From the NCBI GenBank assembly GCA_030390025.1, contig CM059432.1:132928001-132992000 (forward strand): 64,000 bases of DNA. The letters run 5' to 3'. The notes beneath the pieces were generated by a model, which saw nothing but the letters and a program-made list of their open reading frames with translations, was not told the DNA's origin and ran no database searches. Below, piece by piece: positions 61,621 through 64,000 of the stretch. Within the stretch, counting starts at the first letter, position 1. Each line of letters starts with the position of its first letter. The position numbers and the translations under genes were made by a program. The stretch is from Squalus acanthias. Taxonomy: Eukaryota.

Positions 61621-63330
61621 GACATAGGAACAGAGGAACAGGAGTAGGCCATTCAGCCCCTCGAGCCTGTTCCTCCATTCAATGAGATCATGGCTGATCT
61701 GTGACCTAACTCCATATACTCCGCCTTTGGCCCATATCCCTTAATACCTGTGGTTAACAAAAAGCTATCGATCTCAGATTTAAAATTAACAATTGATCTA
61801 GCATCAATTGCCGTTTGCGGAAGAGAGTTCCAAACTCCTACCAGCCTTTGTGTGTAGAGGTATTTCCTAATTTCACTCCTGGCTCTAATTTTTAGACTGT
61901 GCCCCCAGTCCTAGAATCCCCAACCAGCAGAAATAGTTTCCCTCTATCTACCCTATCTGTTCCCCTTAATATCTTGAAAACTTCGATCAGATCACTCCTT
62001 AACCTTCTAAATTCCAGGGATACAAACCCTAATTTGTGTAATCTCTCCTCGTAACTTAACCCTTGAAGTCCAGGTATCATTCAGGATGGGTAATAAATGC
62101 TGGCCTTGCCAGCGACGCCCACATCCCATAAACAAATTTAAAAAAAAATCTGGTAAACCTATGCCGCACTCCCTCTAAGGCCAATATATCCTTCCTAAGG
62201 TGTGGTGCCCAGAACTGCTCACAGTACTCCAGGTGTGGTCTAACCAAGGTTTTGTACAGCTGCAGCATAACTCCTACCCCCTTGTATTCTAGTTCTCTAG
62301 GTATAAAAGCCAGCATTCCATTAGCCTTTTTGATTATTTTCTGTACCTGTTCATGACATTTTAATTATCTATGTACCTGGACCCCCAAGTCTCTTTGGAC
62401 CTCCACTGTTTTTAGCTTGTCAACATTTAGAAAGTACCCCGTTCTATACATTTTAGGTCCAAAGTGGATGACCTCACATTTACCTACATTGAAATCCATT
62501 TGCCATAGTTTTGCCCATTCAATTAATCTATCAATATCCCTTTGTAATTTTATGTTTTCATCTACACCGCCTACAATGCTGTCTATCTTTGTGTCATCGG
62601 CAAATTTGGATATATGACTTTCTATGCCATCATCTAAGTCGTTAATAAATACAGTGAATAGTTGAGGCCCCAACACAGATCCCTGCGGGACACCACCAGT
62701 CACATCCTGCCAATTGAGTACCTGCCCATTATCCCGACTCTCTGTCTTCTGCCGCTCAGCCAATTTCTTAACCAGGTCAATAATTTTCCCTCAATTCTGT
62801 GGGCTTCTACCTTAGATAACAGTCTCCTATGTAGGACTTTATCAAATGCCTTCTGGAAGTCCATATAAATAACATCCATAGACATTCCCCTGTCCACTAG
62901 TTTAGTGACCTCCTCCAAAAGTTCAATCAGGTGTGTCAGGCATGACCTAACTTTCACAAATCCATGCTGGTTCTCTCTGATCAACTGAAAATTTTTGAGG
63001 TGTTCAGTCACCCTATCCTTAATTATAGACTCTAGCAATTTCCCTACAACAGATGTTAGGCTAACTGTTTATAATTCCCTGGTTTTCCTCTCTTGCTATT
63101 CTTAAAAAGCGGAGTGACATGCGCAATTTTCCAATCTAAAGGAACGGTTCCTGAATCGAGGGAACTTTGGAAGATTATGGTTAGGGCATCTGCAATGTGC
63201 TCACCTACTTCCTTTAAAATCCTGGGATGGATACCATCTGGCCCTGGGGATTTGTCACTCTTTAGTGCCATTATTTTCCTCATTACTGTTATTTTACTTA
63301 CATTAATTTTATTGAGTCCCTGTCCCTGAT
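61621..63330 (-). mobile_element. CR1 LINE ~1.7 kb, frameshifted RT
   Basis: ORFs 63056, 62700, 62365, 62077 and 61892 carry KSPGPDG, DFQKAFDKV, GVPQGSVLGP and KFADDTK; 66-bp family 2 tail inserted at 62083-62148. Confidence 0.95.
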
Positions 63331-63334
63331 TCAA

Positions 63335-64000
63335 ATCCAGACCCACAGCGATGTGGTTGACTCTTAACTGCCCTCTGAAATGGCCTAGCAAGTCACTCAG
63401 TTGTAACTAACCGCTACGAAACAAAATAATAAGAATGAAACCGGACTGACCACCCGGCATCGACCTCTGCACCAGCTACGGACACAGTAACGGCACACCC
63501 AGCCCAGTCGACCCTGTAAAGTCCTCCTCACCAACATCTGGGGACTTGTGCCAAAATTGGGAGAGCTGTCCCACAGACTAGTCAAGCAACAGCCTGACAT
63601 AGTCATACTCACAGAATCATACCTTTCAGCCAATGTCCCAAACTCCTCCATCATCATCCTTGGATATGTCCTGTCCCACCGGCAGGACAGACCCACCAGG
63701 GGTGGTGGCACAGTGGTATACAGTCAGGAAGGAGTGGCCCTGGGAGTCCTCAACATTGACTCCGGATCCCATGAAGTCTCATGGCTTCAGGTCAAGCATG
63801 GACAAGGAAACCTCCTGCTGATTACCACCTACTGCCCTCCCTCAGCTGATGAATCAGTACTCCTCCATGTTGAACACCACTTGGAAGAAGCACTGAGAGT
63901 AGCAAGGGCACAGAATGTAGTCTGGGTGGGGGACTTCAATGTCCATCATCAAGAGTGGCTCAGTAGCACCACTACTGACCGAGCTGGCAGAGTCCTGAAG
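63335..64000 (+). mobile_element. CR1-group LINE 5' region with APE endonuclease frame (runs off the window)
   Basis: Frame from 63521 translated by hand: VLLTNIWGL...PDIVILTESYL...DRPTRGGGTVVY...VWVGDFNVHH, open to the window end; probably family 2. Confidence 0.9.

Overview
Eukaryotic, repeat-rich, apparently intronic or intergenic DNA. It is most likely from a cartilaginous fish (shark), inferred from the repeat repertoire. No host protein-coding gene can be identified with confidence, and most ORFs in the track are transposon fragments or chance frames. Retroelements include many CR1 LINE copies (one with an intact ~580-codon RT frame at 49291-51039), a second CR1-group LINE family, L2 and RTE fragments, tRNA-headed DeuSINE/SacSINE1-like SINEs, Penelope-like (GIY-YIG) elements and a solo LTR. 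There are also at least a dozen PIF/Harbinger-type MITEs with ~12-17 bp TIRs and 3-bp TSDs, one larger Harbinger remnant with a Myb/SANT frame, and a 17-bp minisatellite. The most notable signal is a set of minimal type I hammerhead ribozyme motifs (CUGAnGA...GAAA-NN-UU) in Penelope terminal repeats. One of these lies in a ~200-bp, TSD-flanked, non-coding fold-back insertion, and a second short TSD-flanked Penelope fold-back lacks the core. Other points of interest are conserved clusters of 5' splice-site motifs in MITEs, chimeric and nested elements, and weak candidate exons on the minus strand. Coordinates were counted by hand, and boundaries of decayed elements are approximate.
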